From the NCBI GenBank assembly GCA_030704615.1, contig CM060733.1, positions 55,056,001-55,120,000 of the forward strand: a stretch of DNA of 64,000 bases, given 5' to 3'. Under the pieces are notes generated by a model. The model was not told the origin of the DNA, did no database searches, and worked only from the letters and a program-made list of their open reading frames with translations. This document shows, piece after piece, positions 51,057 to 64,000 of the stretch (position 1 is the stretch's first letter; each line of letters opens with the position of its first letter). The stretch comes from Takakia lepidozioides (Eukaryota > Plantae > Bryophyta). Made by a program: the position numbers and the translations under genes.

Positions 51057-51998
51057 GTCATCAGCACTAGTGTCATCAGCAATGGTGGTGAGAGAAAGGA
51101 GGCATGGTGCCAGTTGGGAGCCTGGTCGGGTACCTAGGTCTAGGGGAGGAATCGTTGGGGGTTTGTGTCTCCGTCTGGCAGTCTGAGACCCGTGAGAAGA
51201 TGAGGGAGAGGACGTTGACAGACTGCAGATTGGGTGATCCAGAGTACTGACTGGGGACATACTCTCCTCCTCCTCGTACTTCCCAAAATAATCACAGCAC
51301 CTGTCTCCATTATCAGACGACCTCCCGGATCTATTTCTCATAATCTTCGACGCATCCTGTGAGAAGTTTGCTTGCTGTATATGCGACAATCTGGACTGCC
51401 CCACCAATCTTCGAAAGATCTTCTCAGGTAAATGGACTCCGATGGCCGGTAAGGCCTCCGGCCCAAGGCCACTTTCGATGCTAAACTGAGGTTCGGAATA
51501 CATCAGGCTACCGCTGTCGGGCCGACTGATCCCAGGAGGAGGGAGGAGAGGACCAAGGTACGGCTCGAAACTCGACACAGATTCTATTGGTTTCCCAGGC
51601 TCTGCCTCCCATTTGAACGGCACAGCACCAGCAGTTCGAAAAGGTGTGCTAGAATTACTGTTGGAAGAGACATCGGAAACTTGACGGCTGAAGAGCTGCT
51701 CGGTCTCATAATTTGCACAGTGGACCCCCATCAGGCTTGCTTGCAGATTGAGCCTCGCGACTGTGGTGCTCTGGCCTTCTTCGGCATTGGAGCCTGCCGG
51801 AGATGATTCATTTTTCCGAGTTAAGTGTCCCATCTGTGGCGATCTTGGATTTGAATTAGGTTGGGACAGGAGTGCAGGTTTTGGTTTCCCGGGTTGTTCT
51901 TCCCATTTGAAGGGGATGACGCCTGGAACTCCCACAGAAGCTGAATCAGAAAATTCCGAGAAATCCGATTGCCTGGCAGGCTCTGGCTCTGTGTTCAT
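51057..51998 (-). CDS. Plant DUF688-like Ser/Pro-rich protein, 3' end lost in gap
   Basis: ATG at 51998; two motifs GVIPFKWEEQPGKP and GAVPFKWEAEPGKP; uninterrupted frame; CpG retained. Confidence 0.8.
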
Positions 51999-53869
51999 CT
52001 TGGTGCCTTGGTGCACCCAAATGCTCACTTTGTCTGTTATATCTCTCTCTCCCCCTCCTGCGTCCAACCACGAATATAGAAATGGTACCTACTCAGTCTC
52101 TCTGATGCTATAAATTTATCACCAGCGCAGCATTTTACGAAGGAAAGCATATTGCTCAAGCCTCCCAGGATTCCAGTCCTGTCGAAAATCTAGTGTTCAG
52201 TACTGAGAATGGATTTCACAATCCGGTGTAGCAAACCGGGGATCAGCTCTTACCATATACATGCGCAAATTCAAAAATGTCGGTTGGGGTGAGCGACCGT
52301 TGCAGAATCCCACTGTCCGCGAAATTTCAATGGACAACTAGTTTTCGACTTCCAGAGCAACCTGCTTACAATCAGTCTTATATATCCCTGTGCCAGAAAA
52401 TCAGCAAACCCACAGCCCAATTGCATCCAACTATGACTACAGAAAGATCGAGATGAGACTGTCAAAAATAAGAACAACCCGTCTAAAAGCACAAATTTGA
52501 TTCCCGTATGCTACAGCAACAACAGCTCGGCTCTCTCGCATCGAACTAGGGTCAATAAAGCATATCTGTTTGTGGACCTTCCTTGTAAGTTCCTTGAACT
52601 TCCTTTCTTTCTCATAGCTACAGAAAGAAACACTCACGAAGCCCTGTGTTACTGTAACACAGCAACAATCGAAACAAGACAGACTTGTGCTGCCTTTTTA
52701 TGAGGGGGCGATGACATGAGAGGAGAGGAAAATGAGATATGAGCTGAAATGGAGAGGAGAGGAGAGAAGAGGAGATGAGGGAGGGGCTGCAGAGGCGCGG
52801 AGAAAGTCTCGGGGTGGCGCTCGACGTGCCCGGCCTTTGTCGGCGCTGCGTCATATTTATACATTCATCCACCCCTTTTCCAACCTATCATCCATCCACC
52901 CATTGTTCGCATGCGTATATCTATATGTAAAATGATATATTCTCTTTTTATTTTTTATTTTCTTAACATTATGATAAAGAAAATACAAATACAAATACAA
53001 ACGAGGAATAATGGGTTCTCTTCACGGAACATCTATAAAGTTTTTTGTAGTTTTCTAAATGGGACGGAAAGAACGAAAAGGAGCACTTGGAACTTTTCAA
53101 TTTGGAATCATTACAATTATTATTCTACTTTTATTTTTATCTATTTTTATCTTTAAATTGTCTGATCGGATCTGGTTAAAGGTCGTGCCATAAGTAATTG
53201 GAAACCCAAGTACTTACCAAGCACTTTTTAAAAGGTGACGTAGAACGGAAACCAAAGAACGTCTATTTGAGATTATTAAAATTATTTCTTAATGCTGTTT
53301 TTATTCCGAAGTTGTTGGACTGAATTTCTTCTCCAACTACTCACGAAACGTGACAAAAGACGGACACAGACGTGCTGCTCAAAAGGGAGCGGATGTACAC
53401 CGGCATTGACCGGGTGAGAGTTGGCCACCTTCAACAACCCCCATAAGTTAAATATCGTATATAGGTCCCGAAAGGGGGTAGCCGTGAGACCAAGTGACTC
53501 TTAGTTACACCGGCCTGGGCCGACATATTTTTTCTTATAAGAGAGACTACGCATCAAGTTCAACTCAATGGACCTTCCTCTTCTGTTTTGCCAAAGCAAG
53601 AGAGCCCATCCACGTTGGAGGCTTGTTATTAATTTTTTAATAAAGTAGTTTATAGGGGCACGTGTCCCCTTCCAAAAACAAGAAGAAAAAATAAACGGAT
53701 GAGGTATTTCAAATTGATACTAATTTTTATCTGTTTTTTTTTTTTTTTTTAAAGAACAGGGGACATTGGTATCACTTTAATGTGGAATTTTCGGTAGTAT
53801 TTTGGTAGTGTAGGAATCAGATCCTAAAAATAGGAACCATAAGTACGTATATCGAAAAGTTAATGGAAA

Positions 53870-54040
53870 TGAAATATGACGGAGCGCCGCACGCGCGGAA
53901 TCCCCGCGCTCAAACTGCGCGCCATTACAAACACGCGCGCGACACGCCGCGCGGTTGTCAGCGCGCTGCGCGGTGACCACACGCGCGGTTTATACGCCGT
54001 CGCGCAGTTTGGGAAGTGAGTTAAGTCAACCCTAATCTCC
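53870..54040. promoter_or_regulatory. CGCG-rich promoter segment with a telo-box-like motif
   Basis: Many [ACG]CGCG[GTC] boxes in about 140 bp; AACCCTAA at about 54028; lies between divergent genes. Confidence 0.5.
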
Positions 54041-54379
54041 AAATTTTTAGGATTTCGTTGTGGCAGGGACGGTCGTCGACTCGTCGTCCGTTGCTTGGAT
54101 GTGAATCATGTGATATAGAGCCCCCGGACGACAGCTGGACGAGTGGCAGGGTGCACGCGGCGGCCGTGGGAGGAAGAAAGACACGAATCCCCGTCGTTGC
54201 ACTAAGTATCTCGCACAGATTCTTAGCTTTCTCAATTCCATCATCGAAACACTTTGGAACTGAATTCGAAGACTCTGATGAGAGCTGCGAGACAGTCGGA
54301 TCCAGCTTACTACATGGTGGAGGAAGGATTCTGATCTGCACGGATCTTAGGGAGAGAGAGAAAGGAAGATAAGTTAGAG

Positions 54380-55529
54380 ATGGTGGGGGATGTGAAATCA
54401 GAGTTGAAGCCAGTGCATCGTGGGTCATGGAAGTATGGAGAGGGGGATTCGCCAGCGGAGAAATTGACAGAGGCCGGTAATCTTGCCGGCCAACAGTACA
54501 ATCTGGCGGCCCCTGAAGAGCGTGTGTACCGTGTTAAGAGTGAGAAATCAGGTGAGTATTTTCGAGACCTAAATTAACAATCCTCTGACAGGATTAACTG
54601 TGCCGGTATGTAGATTGCTTATGAGGTAATTGTTGGAGGTTCTTCCGGTTGGTTGCCTCTGCTCAATACAACTAACTGTTCAGTTCATTGAGTGTCGCCA
54701 AGTGCGTGTCGATTTTAAGCTCGGACATGTAAGGTTGATCAATGTGTCCTATTTCAAGCCAGAAACGCTCTTGACCCTTGAAACCCACTTTGGACGGAGG
54801 GGCCGGTGGGGAAAAGGACTAATACGACTGCATGATGCGGTGCCATATTTGGCCGCCTCAATGTAACGCAATTGGGACATATGATCTTCAGTCCCAAGGG
54901 ATGTGTACATACAGGGCGTGTTTTTACTTGTGGTGCCCAAAGTATTATCCTTTGAACTGTTTAGCATTTCCTTATGCGTGTGTCTATGGGTCTGGGCACC
55001 AGGGGAGCAACCGGAAGATGATGGCGAAGGCATGAAAGACGACTTGTCGATGAAAGATGGTGGAAGAGAACTAGAATTGGCACAAGGAAACTGCCCCCAA
55101 GACTCCATCAAAAGTGCTTTAGTCACTGGAACAGAAATTCCATATGCATCTGAATTTCCTGACCTAGATTCAGATGCAAATATGATGAAAACTGGAGCCA
55201 CTTGGGAACCAGGACATCAAAGTGTAGAAATTCCTGTTGACGGCGGGGAGCTAGAGAGCGAGCCTGCATGGCAATTGGGGGCCGCACAAGGAAATGGCCC
55301 TGGCAGTGGTTCCATGATGACAGAAAATGGGGTTGGGATAAATGTAGATTTAGACGAGGAGCCTGGGTGGCAGTTTGGACAGTCAGGTAGGGACTCCTCA
55401 ATCAGCTCAAGAAGAGAAATGGCCAATGCTAGCACGCCTCCATTTCATCGAATGCCTCACGAGGAGGTCCCGCAACCAAACGTTGATGAGTATCAGAGTT
55501 CAGATCATGGTACCAGTCTCACAGCTTGA
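54380..55529 (+). CDS. Two-exon gene for an acidic, low-complexity protein (about 232 aa) of unknown function
   Basis: Exon 1 54380-54551, GTGAGT intron 54552-55002 ending CAG, exon 2 55003-55529; the splice keeps the frame (..SEKS-G-EQPEDD..). Confidence 0.65.
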
Positions 55530-56108
55530 ATGTATGCTTGTTCCCTTGAAATTGAATCCTCGTTACTGACTGTGCTTGCTTGATCATCTGCTTCACTATA
55601 GTCCCATCATTTTTTGCAAGCGGTAAATAGTGAGGTTTTTTTTATATCAAAGCAGTATTGATTTGAATGCCTTGGTATGGGTTTTTCAAAACTCCTGCTA
55701 TTCATGCCAGTAAAATACCACACCTATAATATATTATTGATACCACCATGGTATTCAAATGTCAGATTCCCAAAATCAGTGTTTTCTTGGTATTGCAATC
55801 AGATGGGAGTAAGGACTCTATACCAGCACCAGTCTGGTATGCTGAAGTGTTGGCACCTCAACATGGTTGAAATTGAAACCTTGAAACCCTAAACGCCCAA
55901 ACGTTTTTTGGTGAAACTCCAAAAGAGAATCCAATGAACACTAAATGTAAGTACGAACTAATGCACACGCAAGAGAGCATGTTCAGTTTCCAGCATGTCA
56001 AATATTCCCCACCCCCTTCTCAATAGTTGCATGAATCAGGGTGACACCATGAGAAGGTTATTGGTTGTTGTGCAGCAATGAGTAGTCCGTTGGTAAGGTG
56101 GTTCAAAC

Positions 56109-57220
56109 CAGTGTTGTACCGGTTTAGATACCAGACCAATCTGGTATAATTTGGGAGAATACTTGGTCATATACCAGGACCAGGTTGGCATCAATTTTTT
56201 CATACCAGCCACAATACCATTAACCCCCCCCTCCCCTTGCGTCTTCCTCATTTACTCTGCTATGTATACTATACTGATTTATGGGAGGTATTTATGGGTA
56301 CATATGCCAACATATTTGTACTTATATATATTTATTTCTTTATTGTATTGTATTTGTTGGCTCTGTCCCGCAAGGGATAGTGGCATTGTGGAGACTTCTT
56401 GCCTAGGTAGAGAACGGAGAACTAGGCTTATCCATTAAGCCTAGAGAGAGATAGAGAGAGCCTAGTCATTTGAGGGTTGATGGGACCCGCAAGGGATAGA
56501 TGCATTGTGGAGACATCTTTAGGGAGAGAACTTGGCTTATCCATTAAGCCTAGAGAGAGAGAGCCCCTAGTCTTTAGAGGGTTGATGGGACCCGCAAGGG
56601 ATAGATGCATTGTGCATTGTGGAGACATCTTTAGGGAGAGAACTCGGCTTATCCATTAAGCCTAGAGAGAGAGAGAGCCCCTAGTCTTTAGAGGGTTGAT
56701 GGGACCCGCAAGGGATAGAGCCATAGTGGAGACTTCTTGCCTAGGAGGAGAACCACGCTTATCCATTAAGCCTAGAGAGAGAGAGAGCCTAGTCTTTAGA
56801 GGGTTGATGGACCCTCAAGGGATAGAGCCATAGTGGATACATCTTTAGGGAGAGAACTAGGCTTATCCATTTAGCCTAGTCTATGGAGGGTTGATGGGAA
56901 TGATTCATGAAGCCCTAGAAAAAGTATAAAACAACAACCACAAAATCACCAAAGGATAGAGCCTCTTGTGGCGGAGCCGCTTGTTTTCACTTGATACTTG
57001 CTATTTGATAAACTTGTTATTCAATGATGGCTTTGGAATGTACCAGAATTGATTATCTCATACCAGCTGGTATTGTGGTCAGGATACTCATACTCATACT
57101 AGTACCTGGAAAAAGATACATCTATTATTATATAGAGCCAGACCGGTATGAAAGTTTTGCTATTCGTCTAGTACCAGGTCCAGTCTGGTATGTCCTAAAA
57201 TTGATACCAGTACAACACGG
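56109..57220. mobile_element. Non-autonomous hAT element with an internal tandem array
   Basis: 8-bp TSD GTTCAAAC (56101-08, 57221-28); TIRs CAGTGTTGTACCGGT / ACCAGTACAACACGG; subterminal ATACCAG repeats. Confidence 0.9.
56365..56900. repeat. Tandem repeat of about 105-120 bp, about 5 copies
   Basis: gggttgatgggacccgcaagggatag..gtggagac..ggcttatccattaagcctagagagag.. Confidence 0.92.
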
Positions 57221-59062
57221 GTTCAAACGAGTGTTGGGTGGATATATGGCCACATATTAGATGTCATAAAGGTGTCCCCCTTCCCACCGGAAGGCAGTAG
57301 CCCTTTGGGGTTAAGAGACACCATAATTCACACTTGAAACATTTTTTGATTTTTTGATAAGGTGATGGTGACCATGATGTGTAGGGTTACATTCTAGATG
57401 GGTGTCTCTGTCACCCCATTCAGTGTTTTGTGTGTCACCCCAATGTCTCGTGTAACCTCCTCCTAATACATTTTATACTTGGTAAAATCTCATGACACCA
57501 ACTGAGAGTCACACTAATTGGAGCGATACTTCTTTCCATGTCACGCCTGTGTCAACCCATTGCATGTCAGCCCGCTTATTTTGAGTCCAAGGTAAAAAAA
57601 AAAATTGGGGTGGATTTGACGGGCCCTTCCCTACCTTGAAGGACCCGGCACGGTTGCTTGAATCCGACGAAAGTGCCATAGATCAAACCTTGCATTAGTT
57701 TTGTACATTATTCCCATTGTTTTGCCCTCAGGAAGGCCAATAACTTTTAGAAAAATGCCATCCATGAGAAGTGACCGTACAGAACCTGAGCTTCATGGAC
57801 AAGCTACCACCTCAAAAAATCTCAGACAAATCCACCAAATCCACTAAGTAAGTTGGGAGATTATTGTATTGATTTAGTAAGTTTGGTTTTCTATTAACAT
57901 ATAAGGTTCATTTTTTGACAGCGTCACATTCTTCAGTATATAACCCATCTGAAGAGTATGGTAGTTTTCCCTTGTACTAGTGGCCATTAGTCGAGGATGG
58001 CAGCCTTAACTGTCACTTGGAACTTTGCTGTAAGCTCAATCCATAATGAGTCTAGCAATTTGCAATCATCCACCCGAAAGTTCACAGCAATGGAGGGCCA
58101 CAGCTATTTGGTAGCAAAGTCTGTTTTGCTTGTCTTCCATACTTTTTAAAAGAGTTGTTATGTACTACATTAACAATTTACAATGCATCAGAAAGCAAGG
58201 AATATGCTCATCTTCGTGCCCACAAAGAGTCGCTTAATCATAAAAAGGTTGGCAGTCTGCTAAGAACTTCAGCCTCATACCCAACTCAGGTCTCATAGCT
58301 CAATCACTTTTGAGAGAGAGATGTTGGCAAAGATGACGAACCAACAATGATTGAGTCCCTGATGGGTATGATTTAGTATCATGTTTAGAGTTGAGTTAAC
58401 AAGCTGGTCCATCTCCACCAAGCAGCTCTCCATCTCTCCATCTTCTACCTATTCGAAGCTTGTAAGTTCAAAGCCTGGCAGCGCTAGCTTAAAATGCAGA
58501 AAATATACTTGAAGCCCATGAACGACAAAAAGAAATTTACACTGCAAAGAATTTGAGACCGTGACTGTGGGCCAGCCATGGCAAGAAACGGTCATAGCGA
58601 AGCTTGAGCAACTCAAGCACTCTTATTCTCACGAGGCAGAGACGAAGCTACTGCTTTGTTGATACCGCATGAAGACTAGACAACTGAATGCAGCTCAACA
58701 AAAGCAAAGCAGAAACTCGTGACCCGAAGGGCGGATGAAGTCGGATAATGATCTTAAGAGAGTTTGATATATAGAATGGATGATTATGGGATGTGTGCGT
58801 CAATTCCGTGTTAAATCAATTAACTTTGTAATTAGAATATAGTAGATAGCTTAAAATGAGGTGTATCAATTTCCATCGCGCTCATCTTTCCCACTCAACA
58901 TTCAAGTTTGATTCTAAGGGACACGGGTCAGGATCATTTGAGAAAATTATAGTTTAATGTTTCCATACTTGGTCTACGGTCCAAGAATTGGTCCTCCAAA
59001 TTACATGTTTTCCTTTCTTGGTCCCTAGACCAACAATCTCCCACCATAATCAACACCACTTA

Positions 59063-59490
59063 GAGCATCCCCGCTCTACGCCTCTATGGACCCCTGCACC
59101 CATACTTCTTGTATACAGGTTCAGATTTCCCTGCAAACGCACCACACCCTTGCCCCGCTACCGTATACACCATTAAGGGCGGACACTGAACTGCCTCTTT
59201 TTCACTAAATCCGTGCACGATATTCAGCGTCTTGAACCCGTTCCGCAACCGAGTCGTCCCGACCATGGATATGTCAGAGCGTGCCAGCAGCGTTTGAAAA
59301 CCCTCCCAGAGCGTATGAGAACGTCGTTGGGAACTCCAGCAAGGCAAGGATATAGGATACAGGGGTGTAATGAGGGACAAGGGTGTGGCTACGAGCAGCC
59401 GACCCCTTCACACACCTTTCAAGAGTCCTGAACCAACCTCTTCAAAATAAGCATAGAGGGGCCATTTCAGTGAGAAGGGTGGGGATGCTC
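59063..59490. mobile_element. Tourist-like (PIF/Harbinger) MITE
   Basis: TTA TSDs (59060-62, 59491-93); TIR GAGCATCCCC / GGGGATGCTC. Nested in an older inverted-repeat element (about 58965-59626, ctacggtccaag / cttggaccgtag). Confidence 0.85.
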
Positions 59491-60254
59491 TTAGACGCCA
59501 TGTCATTCCTAACTTTGTTGGTCTTGGTCTGTAGTATAAAGCCAACATGACCAAGGAAATACCCTCGACTGATTATCCTTGCATTTTGAATTGGTCTTGG
59601 GCTTGGACCGTAGTCTAAAGTGCCCTAATTAGTGGTGGTTTAGTTACAGTTTTATTTGGAACTTTGAATTGTGGACAGAAGAATATTTATGTTTTCTTGG
59701 ATGTATCCCAATTGTCCCTTCCCATTGTGTTTGAGATGCCTGAGATTTTGTCGCTAGAGTTGTAGTCACTGGATTGTGAAAATTTTGTTGGTTCTTAGTC
59801 ATCTGGTGGTGGTTCTCCCCCTGTAACACTTCCGGCCCCTTTGTTTTGCATTTTGGACTCCCTTCCTTTTCCACCAAACAAAAGAAAGAAAATGGAGGCT
59901 AAGATTGAGAAAAGGCTCACCAAGAGAAGTCCATGAGCAAAGCTAAACATAAGAACTGAATGAATGAATGATCTACCTACCCATCTAAGGAGGCAAGTGA
60001 AGAGAACAGACAACAGAACCCATTCCGAGTATGCCGGTGGGGTTTGGGATTGAGGCAATGGGCTTTGGTCTTGAGTACACCTTGATTCTTTCGGTAGCAC
60101 CAATGGACATCTTTGTCATCTGTGTTTCATTCTCATATAATGTGTCCACAACCATCGCCTAAACTTAGATCCGGCACTATTCTACGATTATTCTACTGTG
60201 GAACGTTTGAACAGTAAGCGGCATATATTTTCATCCATCTATCCTCATTTCCAT

Positions 60255-60485
60255 AATTTTTTATTTGTATTTTTTCCCTTAAACGGGAACACCCGGAGCG
60301 ACCGCTCACAAATCAGGCACCTTCATAATAGTTAGAGGAGAAAATAACCTCTTTCATAATAACCTCACCGAGCCCAAGGCTCAAGGGACATGGGGAGAAG
60401 ATCATGACAACAGACAAGGTAGCAGGATTTGAACCCAGAATCACCTAGGTAATACTCAATGCTCTATCCAACTGAACTACTGCCT
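60255..60485 (-). mobile_element. tRNA-derived SINE
   Basis: Minus strand: A box TAGTTCAGTTGG, B box GGTTCAAATCC; 3' tail cctgatttgtgagcggtcgctccgggtgttccc plus A-rich end. Confidence 0.75.
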
Positions 60486-61004
60486 GGTGGTTACTTTTTT
60501 GGCAAATGTGGGGCTTACTTAGACCTTGGCCGTAAGGATTGTCCTAGTCTCTGTTTTTTTGTTTGTTTGTTTTATAGAAAATGGAGCAACTCCCTCCCTG
60601 CATGCTGGGAGTTCATTTAGTGCGAAACGGTAGTGAGGTGAATTGGCGACACCACCTTAGGAGGGCAAATCCAAGGCTCAGCTTTCTTATGATCAGTCTA
60701 ACTAAGCGCAAGAGGGGTAGTTTTTAAGGACTAACACAATTTTAAATAAATCTGGACTAAAGTTTGGTCCAGAAATAAGGAGAAATATCTGAATATGTAT
60801 TTTTTTAAATCATTTAAATGAATTTAAATGGATCATTTCAAATATAAATATAAAGATATAAATAATTGTTTGTCTATTAATATATAATATGAGCAATAAA
60901 GAAACATTATGTATAAACTTCAGGAGAAAAAGCATTTTATTTGGCTCATAAAGTAAGTTCCACTGTTCACTCGACGTTTAGTAAGAGTTGAATGAGATAC
61001 CAAT

Positions 61005-61329
61005 AGTCAGTAGCTCAGTTGGTGAAGTGCACTGAGTGCCACCCAGATGATTATGGGGTCAAATCTTGCTACTTACCAGTGTGGTATGTTCCACGCTTAA
61101 GGGATTCTGCTCACGTTTATCACTTAAAGCGTGAGTGTGCTCACGTGAACTACTCACACAGTAGCTTCCCGGGTGGTGTCCCATTCCAACGCCACATGGC
61201 GGGATTACTGTGAAAGAGGTTAGACTATTAAGGTGGCCTGATTTGTGAGCTGTCGCTCCCAGGTGTTTCCATTACATTAATATAAAATTTATTTATTAAA
61301 ATTTATATTTAATTTATTATAAAATTATT

Positions 61330-61364
<35 letters not shown>
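61005..61364 (+). mobile_element. tRNA-derived SINE, same head and tail as 60255-60485
   Basis: TAGCTCAGTTGG..GGGTCAAATCTTGCTAC; tail cctgatttgtgagctgtcgctccc; poly(A) 61336-61364. Confidence 0.78.
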
Positions 61365-61366
<2 letters not shown>

Positions 61367-61609
61367 GGGTGTCAGGTGATAACTCGCTTCATGATCCGCG
61401 GCCTGATGGATGATTGGAGCACCAGTCATATTTGTAACCGTGACTGAGCTTGTGAAGGCCGTTACTATGTAACATACAAAACAAATCAATCAAATATGTG
61501 AGCAAAACATGGCACAATGACACAATACCATGAAATGAAATAAAAGACAATGGGGAGACATTGATGATAAACAACCAGGTTTTATTTCAGAACCATGTCA
61601 ATTTGAGAG

Positions 61610-64000
61610 GGGGTGCTATTCTGTGAGCCCAGGAAACCGTGAGCCCAGCACAGGCTCACGCCACGTCAGCATGCATACAGGGCCTATTACCGCGGGTTGA
61701 TGAGCCATTTCCAGGGAATGCAGACTGGATGTGTTACATCCATTGTATCCATTCTTTCTATCCATTGCATCCATTTAGACGTTATCAACATACCAAGCCC
61801 CTGCATTGGAATGTGCCTACGTCGTGAGCAGGTGCACACTCACATCATTCAAAGCGGATCCCTGCGAAATCTTTTCTTACTCACCACCCTTGTGAACATG
61901 CCAGGTATGTGCGGGAGCATCATGGATGTTCACCAGAATTGAGAATGTCTGAACGCTCTTTGATCATGTGGACTTTATCATGATGGATTTACCAAGCATT
62001 CTTCTAGCAGGAATGGTTTGGAGACCAACGAGCAAATGATGCGAGAATGCTCTATCCGAACCAAAGACGTTTGTTTGTTTTTGCAATGCACACAAGCCTG
62101 TGAGCTCCGCAAAACACTAAATAGATTGAAGGAACAATGCGGGCGGCATGCAACCCCCATCTCCAACGATAGTTTGTTCCCATGAATTTGCATCTCACGC
62201 ACACATTGCAAACATGACAACATGGACACACAACCATCCCATTTCAAAATTGGCCCCGAATGAAAGCAAAAGAAAACTTCATATCAAGTGTTACAGTCAT
62301 CAGAATCAGTATCGACTCCTGTGTTATGTCATCCACAAAGATTCCGGCCCTAACACCACGTCTTCTACCACGGCCGTCGATGGTTGGACTGCGAGTGCCA
62401 TGAATGGATATGCTTGCTGCGAGTGCCTCCGCATAGACAGGTAGGACGTAAGACTGAGGAGGACTTGAAAGAAGTCCAAAAAGGTGTGATAGCCCTGGAG
62501 GGTCAGTGGAAGCACGCGGACTCCTGCACAAGTGGACAAAAACCAATTTTGAACACAATGATGCAATGCACAAGTCCAACGAAGAGGATATCTCCCATGT
62601 GCACTTTGCCTTAAGAATAGTGATTTTGGGTATTGAAACAACAATGCAAGCATCCACATGTTGAACTTACTCACAGGCAAAGTCGTCATCCAGCTCGTTG
62701 TCGGAAGTCTCCCCTGTATCAATATCAGCGGGTAGGGGCTTCGGAAGGACTTGAGAAGTATGTCCACCCAAACCCATCAGGAGGTTCTTGTAAATCTCGG
62801 CATCCCCTTCAATCCCAAAGAGATATCGCGCACTGGCCTTGCAAGCGTGGTACGAGGCACCTGCAGTGGAATACAATGAAAGAAACAGACATTGAAGACA
62901 CATTTGGAACGGTGGGAAGAGCTGAAAATGCAAGGGGCAAGCCCTGGGGTGAAGGATTCAGGGGCACACCTTCCCACTCACTTTCGTTTGGTTTAGCGCT
63001 GTTTCTCAGGCGAGGGCAAGAAATATTCACGCACTTACAATGCCCAACGCAGACCGACCTTCAAAATTTCAATCCAATGTCGTTGTGGATGTTCGACGTT
63101 TTTGTCCTGCACCAAGGGTGTCCGTCATGTTTCTTGTCCATGCCCTGCAGAAGCCCAGCTAGTCCACTAGAAGACATGAGAGGGTTGAGCTCAAACAAGA
63201 TGTCCCCATCAAACTCTGCTGGCACGTATTGAACCCGCTGCACACGAAGGGACTCCCAATCAACAAAACGCAGCTCGCTCTTGCACCCAGGCACCCCTGC
63301 GAGGGCTTTCAATTTCGGAATGACACTCGTTATCTCCTGCAACTCGTCGTCATCCAAGAATGGAGTCTGCATTGGCGGAGAAATCTCAGAAACATCCTTC
63401 GAGGACGAGTCTGGAAGAGTCACGAATGTAGTGGATGTGCTCACCTCTTGTTTCACATGAACTGTGCCCTTCTGCTGCACGACCGATGCTGCAGTGCCAG
63501 GGGTAACTACTGATCCTGCTGATTGTCTTCTGTCTTTTCCAAGGACCCGGTATGTGCCTGGAAGGACTCTCCACTTCCTTCCACACTCGCCAACCAATGG
63601 TTTCTCCAAGTGCCCAGAATCCAAATTCCTATCCTCGTCATACACCTCTTTTTGAACAAGCAGAGAACCCAATTCCAGAGGGAACACTGTAACCAGCTCA
63701 TCCTCATGAACAACTGCAAACCCATCGTCATTTACAGTGGCAGTCAGTGGAAGACTACCTGCATTGGATTGGAATGAAATCGAGCGAGTCTATCTCGCTC
63801 CCTGGACATGTTTTCGTACACTGACAGAAAGTTACGATTCATAGAGGAATCCCCAAACTGATAGCCCGTAATTCTCGAAAGGGGATCCACCCCAAACAAA
63901 CTGAGGTAAAAAAGGATAGCAGTGACCCAAAGACTGCGGGCGATGCATGCAAAGGATGTAGGAATGACATGCACCGAACTTTGCAGACAGCCACACTGAG
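61610..64000 (-). mobile_element. MULE copy 3 (N-terminal GCM-like region) with putative terminus and cargo
   Basis: 62900-63930 aligns with 41940-42960. Terminal-like motif gctattctgtgagccc..gtgagccc at 61614. Confidence 0.78.
61815..61935 (+). pseudogene. PLS-type PPR motif fragment
   Basis: EQVHTHIIQSGSLRNLFLLTTLVNMPGMCGSIMDV matches the PPR pattern G.QVH..I..SG...N.F...LVNMY.KCGS..DA. Confidence 0.65.

Noticed and set aside
49968-52067. 699-aa ORF apparently fusing a DUF688 protein to Gypsy RNase H
   Set aside because: It reads through a 500-N gap; the two sides are unrelated and may not be adjacent.
53380-53525. Possible structured ncRNA
   Set aside because: Only short stems; no recognisable family motif or second copy in the window.
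56365-56900. CRISPR array or hammerhead ribozyme array
   Set aside because: No unique spacers and a eukaryotic context; no CTGANGA...GAAA core (only TTGATGG).
58170-58760. Possible further exons of the 54380 gene
   Set aside because: Coding-like patches contain stops, and no consistent splice path or recognisable domain was found.
60415-61075. Functional tRNA genes
   Set aside because: A and B boxes are present but there is no proper cloverleaf or acceptor stem, and both run into a shared tail with an A-rich end, so they are SINE heads.

Overview
Eukaryotic, transposon-dense DNA, most likely from a non-seed land plant such as a bryophyte. This is inferred from a DUF688-type gene, plant-type LDH, RPL27 and PPR fragments, GT-AG introns and a half-tRNA-primed Copia. 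Bases 1-50,556 are a nested stack of decayed elements: an old Gypsy pol; three copies of a Tat/Athila-like Gypsy family ('family A') with a large extra 3' ORF; a second Gypsy family ('family B') carrying a DNMT3-like cytosine methyltransferase remnant between protease and RT and a PHD finger after integrase; a chromovirus; a Copia gag; an intron-containing Crypton/DUF3504-type tyrosine recombinase pseudogene; and Mutator-like (GCM-like/DDE/SWIM) elements associated with host gene fragments (RPL27, LDH, PPR) and a convergent BAH-like gene. A 500-N gap (50,557-51,056) is followed by two divergent host genes, hAT and Tourist MITEs, two tRNA-derived SINEs and a third Mutator copy. The most notable candidates are the DNMT3+PHD retrotransposon, the plant Crypton and the cargo-carrying Mutator family. 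All domain calls come from motif recognition by eye, and boundaries marked approximate were not aligned computationally.
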